Assembly: GCA_035486255.1 (NCBI GenBank)
Contig: DATHNH010000168.1
Coordinates: 1-38,779 of the forward strand
Reading direction: 5' to 3'
DNA length: 38,779 bases
Source of the DNA: Solirubrobacteraceae bacterium
GTDB taxonomy: Bacteria; Actinomycetota; Thermoleophilia; Solirubrobacterales; Solirubrobacteraceae
Shown here: positions 35,186 to 38,779 of the stretch, piece after piece
Numbering within the stretch: position 1 is the first letter of the stretch
Layout of the letters: each line of letters starts with the position of its first letter
Notes under the pieces: generated by a model
Told to the model about the DNA's origin: nothing
What the model saw: only the letters and a program-made list of their open reading frames with translations
Database searches by the model: none
Translations under genes and position numbers: made by a program

Positions 35186-35935
35186 TCAGCGTTTGGATGT
35201 TGGGGTGCCGCGCGTAGGGCTACTGAGCGAGGCAGCGTCGAGGTGCCCGTCGACGAGGTCGCGAGCAACGTTGCTGAGGCGAAGGTTGTGTTCGCGAGCA
35301 TGAGCGCGCAGGCGGGCAAACGCGGCATCCACATCGATGTGGGCGCGCTCGGCTAGCACGCCCTTGGCCTGCTCGATCATCACTCGGCTGCTGAGCGCGC
35401 CCTGAAGCTGCTCCACCACACCATGTGCCTCTCGCACGGTGCGCTCTTGTAGCAGCGCGATTGCGGCGATATCGGCCATCCCCTGCCCTAGCGGTAAGTC
35501 CTGCTCGACCAAACGCCCTGTGTTTGCTCGAAACAGATTCAGCGCCCCGATGGTCTCTCCACGCGCCCTCATCGGAATCGCTTGCACTGAACGAAACCCC
35601 TTTTGTATCGCCATCGGCGCGAACGCCGGCCAACGCCCGGCATCGGCCGTGAGATCCTCGCTGGATACGGGCGTTCCACGCTGGTAGCACTCGAAGCACG
35701 GTCCCTCCTCGTTCTGGGACTGCAACAGGTCCAACGCGTCAGAGCGCTCGCTCGAAGAGGCCATCACGCGCAGCACACCGGCGGCGTCGGCAAGTAGCAG
35801 TCCCGCCTCGGCGCAGTCGAGCAACTCGACGCACCGCTCTGCCAAACGGTGCAGGAACTCGATCACGTCGAAGTCATCGACCATCGTGTCGGCCAACTCG
35901 ACGAACGTCTTTACAATGCGCTGCTCGCGTGTCAT
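35186..35935 (-). CDS. GAF and ANTAR domain protein
   Basis: 'FVELADTMVDDFDVIEFL', 'EGPCFEC' and ANTAR 'QLQGALSSRVMIEQAKGVLAER..AFARLRAHAR..N.RL..VA'. Confidence 0.95.
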   Translation of the reverse strand: MTREQRIVKTFVELADTMVDDFDVIEFLHRLAERCVELLDCAEAGLLLADAAGVLRVMASSSERSDALDLLQSQNEEGPCFECYQRGTPVSSEDLTADAGRWPAFAPMAIQKGFRSVQAIPMRARGETIGALNLFRANTGRLVEQDLPLGQGMADIAAIALLQERTVREAHGVVEQLQGALSSRVMIEQAKGVLAERAHIDVDAAFARLRAHAREHNLRLSNVARDLVDGHLDAASLSSPTRGTPTSKR

Positions 35936-35990
35936 GGGTCTGATCTAGATCTCTAAGGCTACGAACGCGAATATTGCCACTCGAGGGTAG

Positions 35991-36719
35991 CTAGGGTCGT
36001 GATCGCGCGTCACTCGGTCCCTGAAAGCGGTGGCGTCGCGTGACGATCTCGCGGGCGAGGGTTCGCAGCGGGAGTCCCTCGGCAAAGGCATGAGCGCGCA
36101 AGCGGACGAAGGCCTCGTCCAGGGAGATGCCAAGCTGAACAGAGAGCATCCCAGTCGCCTGATGAACCTCCGCCCAGTGTGAAGGCTCGCCCGTCAAGAC
36201 CTCGTGCAGCACGTCGGCCGGGGCACCGGCCTGGAGGGCAAGGAGCACCTGGGTGGCCATATCGGCCAGCACCAGACCGTATGCCATCTCATCCGCATTC
36301 AAGATGCCCGGGTGATCGCGATAGAGCACCAACACTCCGATTCGGATGGCGCCGAGATGCAAAGGAAAGGCGAACACCGCCAGCACACCGGCCTCGACGC
36401 CGGCCTGGGCGAACGCCGGCCAGCGCACGATCGCAGGATCGGCAAGGTTCGCCTCCAACACCGGGGCCCTGCTCGTCCACACATCCACGCATGGCCCCTC
36501 ACCCAGCGTGAGCTGCAATTCCTGCACCATCGCGATGCCCGGCTCAGACACCCCAGCGGTCCCACGCAACTCTCCGTCCACCATCAGCGAAAGCCCTGCG
36601 CCCTTGAGCGAGAGCAGGCTCACAGCGGCCATACATACACGATCGACGATCGAGGCCGAGCCGTCTACGTCGGCGTCCACTATCTCCTTCAGCACTACGC
36701 TCAGCCGATCGGTAAGCAT
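35991..36719 (-). CDS. GAF and ANTAR domain protein
   Basis: 'ELQLTLGEGPC', 'VFAFPL' and ANTAR 'EVHQATGMLSVQLGISLDEAFVRLRAHAF'. Confidence 0.93.
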   Translation of the reverse strand: MLTDRLSVVLKEIVDADVDGSASIVDRVCMAAVSLLSLKGAGLSLMVDGELRGTAGVSEPGIAMVQELQLTLGEGPCVDVWTSRAPVLEANLADPAIVRWPAFAQAGVEAGVLAVFAFPLHLGAIRIGVLVLYRDHPGILNADEMAYGLVLADMATQVLLALQAGAPADVLHEVLTGEPSHWAEVHQATGMLSVQLGISLDEAFVRLRAHAFAEGLPLRTLAREIVTRRHRFQGPSDARSRP

Positions 36720-36761
36720 TTCATCTAACCCTACGACCGATCGGTCTCGGTCACGATCCAA

Positions 36762-36872
36762 AGAGCAGCCGTCGAGTGGGCGGGCTTCTACAGCTTCCGC
36801 CACACCGTCGCTTCGCGACTCTTCGCCGAAGGACGCAACATCCTCCGGGTCCAGCGCTGGCTCGGACTCTCC
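36762..36872 (+). pseudogene. Second tyrosine recombinase remnant (not in the ORF track)
   Basis: Frame from 36762 reads RAAVEWAGFYSFRHTVASRLFAEGRNILRVQRWLGLS, matching the (H)xxRH...LG(H)S boxes with both His changed. Confidence 0.75.
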
Positions 36873-36892
36873 CAAACTGCATGTTCAACTGC

Positions 36893-38779
36893 TCACCGGT
36901 CGCTAACCAGGCGCCAGGAGGATGTGGTGGCCTCCTTGGTGTGGAGGAAGGCCTCGATTGCGTTGACGTCGAGGGGGCGGGAGAATAGGAAGCCCTGTCC
37001 GTGGTCGCAGTGTTCGCGTTGCAGTGTCTCGAGTTGGGATTGCTCCTCGATGCCCTCGGCGAGGGTCTCGATGTCGAGTGTCTTGCCGAGTTGCACGAGT
37101 GTGTGGATCAGTGCTGTCGAGCCCTTCGATCCGGCGATGCCGCTGATGAAGGAGCGGTCGATCTTGAGGGCGTCGACGGGGAATTGGCGTAGGTAGGCGA
37201 GCGAGCTGTAGCCGGTGCCGAAGTCGTCGATGGCGATGCGGACGCCGAGTTGCTTGAGCTTGTGTAGGCGCTTGGCGGTCGCCTCGGCGTCGCTCATCAG
37301 CGTGGTCTCGGTGATCTCCAGGGTCAGCGTTGTGGGGTCGAGTCCGCTGTGTGTGAGGGCGCCGCGCACGTCCTCGATCAGCTCGTCGTCGTCGAGCTGG
37401 CGTCCGGATACGTTCACTGCCATGCCGATCCTGTGGCCCTCGTGGTACCAGTGCGCCGCCTGCCTACAGGCCTCCTGCAGGACCCAGCGTCCGATCGGGA
37501 CGATCAGCCCGCTTTCCTCGGCGATTGGGATGAAGTCGATCGGCGGGATCACGCCGCGCGTGGGGTGGTTCCAGCGGATCAGCGCCTCGAGGCCGATCAC
37601 CCGCTCGGATTGTAGGTCGAAGGTTGGCTGGTATTGGAGGAACAACTGGTGCTGCTCGAGCGCCTCGGCGAGGTCCATCTCGAGTGTGAGCCGATCGCGG
37701 GCGGCGGTCTGCATGCTGGACTGAAAGAGCATGTAGCGGTTTTTTCCGGCGGCCTTCGCTTCGTACAGGGCGATGTCCGCGTCGCTCAAAAGCTCGGCGG
37801 CGTTTGCGTGCTCGCCCAGCGCGATGCCGATGCTCGCCGTGAGCGACAAGGGCCTGCCGGTCTGGCCGTCCATCTCGTAGGGCTGGCGCAGTACTTCCAG
37901 CAGGCGCTCGGCTACGAGCTCTGGGCCGGCGTCGAGCGCGGAGCCCTCGACCAGGACGACGAACTCGTCGCCGCTGAGGCGCGCCGCGGTGTCGCCCTCG
38001 CGAACGACTCCCTCCAGGCGGGTGGCAACGATCCGCAGCAACTTGTCGCCGGCGGCGTGTCCGAAGGTGTCGTTGACGTGCTTGAAGCCGTCGATGTCGA
38101 GATATAGGGCCGCGACCGGGATCTTCTGGCGCCGCGCGCGGGCAAGCATCTGCTCTGCGCGGTCGAGTGCGAGCACGCGGTTGGGCAAGCCGGTAAGGGC
38201 GTCGTGCAGCGACTGGTGGCGAAGCTCTCCGGTCTTCTCGTGGACCATCCCGAGGGCGTGCTCGCGTGAGCGCGTCAGCACCAGCACGAGCATGAACAGC
38301 AGGAGGCTGACAATCGCTCCTCCGATGAGGACCAGCAGACCCTGCAGATTTGCCGAGAGCCAGTTCACGGCCTCCGAGCCTCGGACGACCGCCCGCCACG
38401 TGCCGTCGATCTGCATCGTGGTTTCATGGGTGAAAGCGCCCGCGGGAGAAGTCGTGCCCACGCGACCTATCAGCTGTTCGCTTTGGCCGGGGTTGCTGTG
38501 ATAAAGAGCCACGCTGAGGCCGTGATGGTCGCTGATCGCTTGGTGGATCAGAGCGGTCATTCCAAATGAGCTCCCGACCCAGCCGGCGACCGCCGCGCGG
38601 CGCTGCACGACACTCCGAAGACTCGCGCCGCGCCGGTAAAACGCAGCTTCGATGAACAGCGTGCTCACGCCCTGCGCCGTCACGGGATAAACCAAGAACT
38701 GGCCGCTGTCGGTGATTCTCTGCAGGAGATGCGCCTGCAGAATGCCGCCATCCTGAAATCCACCGATCGGCGAGGCGGG
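36893..38779 (-). CDS. Membrane sensor GGDEF-EAL protein (5' end outside window)
   Basis: Frame open to the window edge; TM helix, 'HDALTGLPNR', 'RLSGDEF', 'EALIRW' and 'IDDFGTGYSSL'. Confidence 0.95.
   Translation of the reverse strand, partial: PASPIGGFQDGGILQAHLLQRITDSGQFLVYPVTAQGVSTLFIEAAFYRRGASLRSVVQRRAAVAGWVGSSFGMTALIHQAISDHHGLSVALYHSNPGQSEQLIGRVGTTSPAGAFTHETTMQIDGTWRAVVRGSEAVNWLSANLQGLLVLIGGAIVSLLLFMLVLVLTRSREHALGMVHEKTGELRHQSLHDALTGLPNRVLALDRAEQMLARARRQKIPVAALYLDIDGFKHVNDTFGHAAGDKLLRIVATRLEGVVREGDTAARLSGDEFVVLVEGSALDAGPELVAERLLEVLRQPYEMDGQTGRPLSLTASIGIALGEHANAAELLSDADIALYEAKAAGKNRYMLFQSSMQTAARDRLTLEMDLAEALEQHQLFLQYQPTFDLQSERVIGLEALIRWNHPTRGVIPPIDFIPIAEESGLIVPIGRWVLQEACRQAAHWYHEGHRIGMAVNVSGRQLDDDELIEDVRGALTHSGLDPTTLTLEITETTLMSDAEATAKRLHKLKQLGVRIAIDDFGTGYSSLAYLRQFPVDALKIDRSFISGIAGSKGSTALIHTLVQLGKTLDIETLAEGIEEQSQLETLQREHCDHGQGFLFSRPLDVNAIEAFLHTKEATTSSWRLVSDR

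Noticed and set aside
36720-36875. N-terminal extension of the second ANTAR protein
   Set aside because: It is the antisense of the integrase relic; the GAF-ANTAR region starts near 36719
26745-38779. Intact integrative element or prophage
   Set aside because: Only short integrase fragments are present, with no phage or conjugation genes and no bracketing att repeat in the window
1-38779. Numerous long Arg/Ala/Pro-rich alternative-frame ORFs
   Set aside because: Expected shadow ORFs in high-GC DNA; they overlap well-supported genes and show no recognisable motifs

Overview
High-GC actinobacterial DNA; the gene content (double-TetR regulator, DUF2294/MpsC, choice-of-anchor D protein, LppP/LprE lipoprotein) suggests Thermoleophilia/Solirubrobacterales, which is an inference. 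Positions 1-26.4 kb are mostly housekeeping and metabolic genes: NRAMP transporter end, sugar kinases, FAD oxidoreductase, benzoylformate decarboxylase, GH76, greA, a membrane diguanylate cyclase, CHAD, PPOX, MFS-TetR, GT39, two beta-propeller proteins and VOC. The intergenic spaces hold two copies of a ~165-bp MITE-like element and several degenerate tandem repeats. A tRNA-Thr(GGT) at 26.7 kb is followed by a diverged 3'-half copy that looks like an att scar. Positions 26.8-38.8 kb are a decayed accessory region with two tyrosine-recombinase remnants, pseudogenes, a VapBC-type pair whose toxin appears to start at CTG, and two GGDEF-EAL proteins. These flank a cassette of two GAF-ANTAR genes, a STAS gene, a degenerate ECF sigma and DUF2294. 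The most interesting signal is a recurring small hairpin (A-U closing pair, loop starting GAYC) in four leaders of that cassette. In two leaders it overlaps or abuts a helix that sequesters the ribosome-binding site, which suggests a non-canonical ANTAR-controlled translational switch. All calls are by eye; no searches were run.
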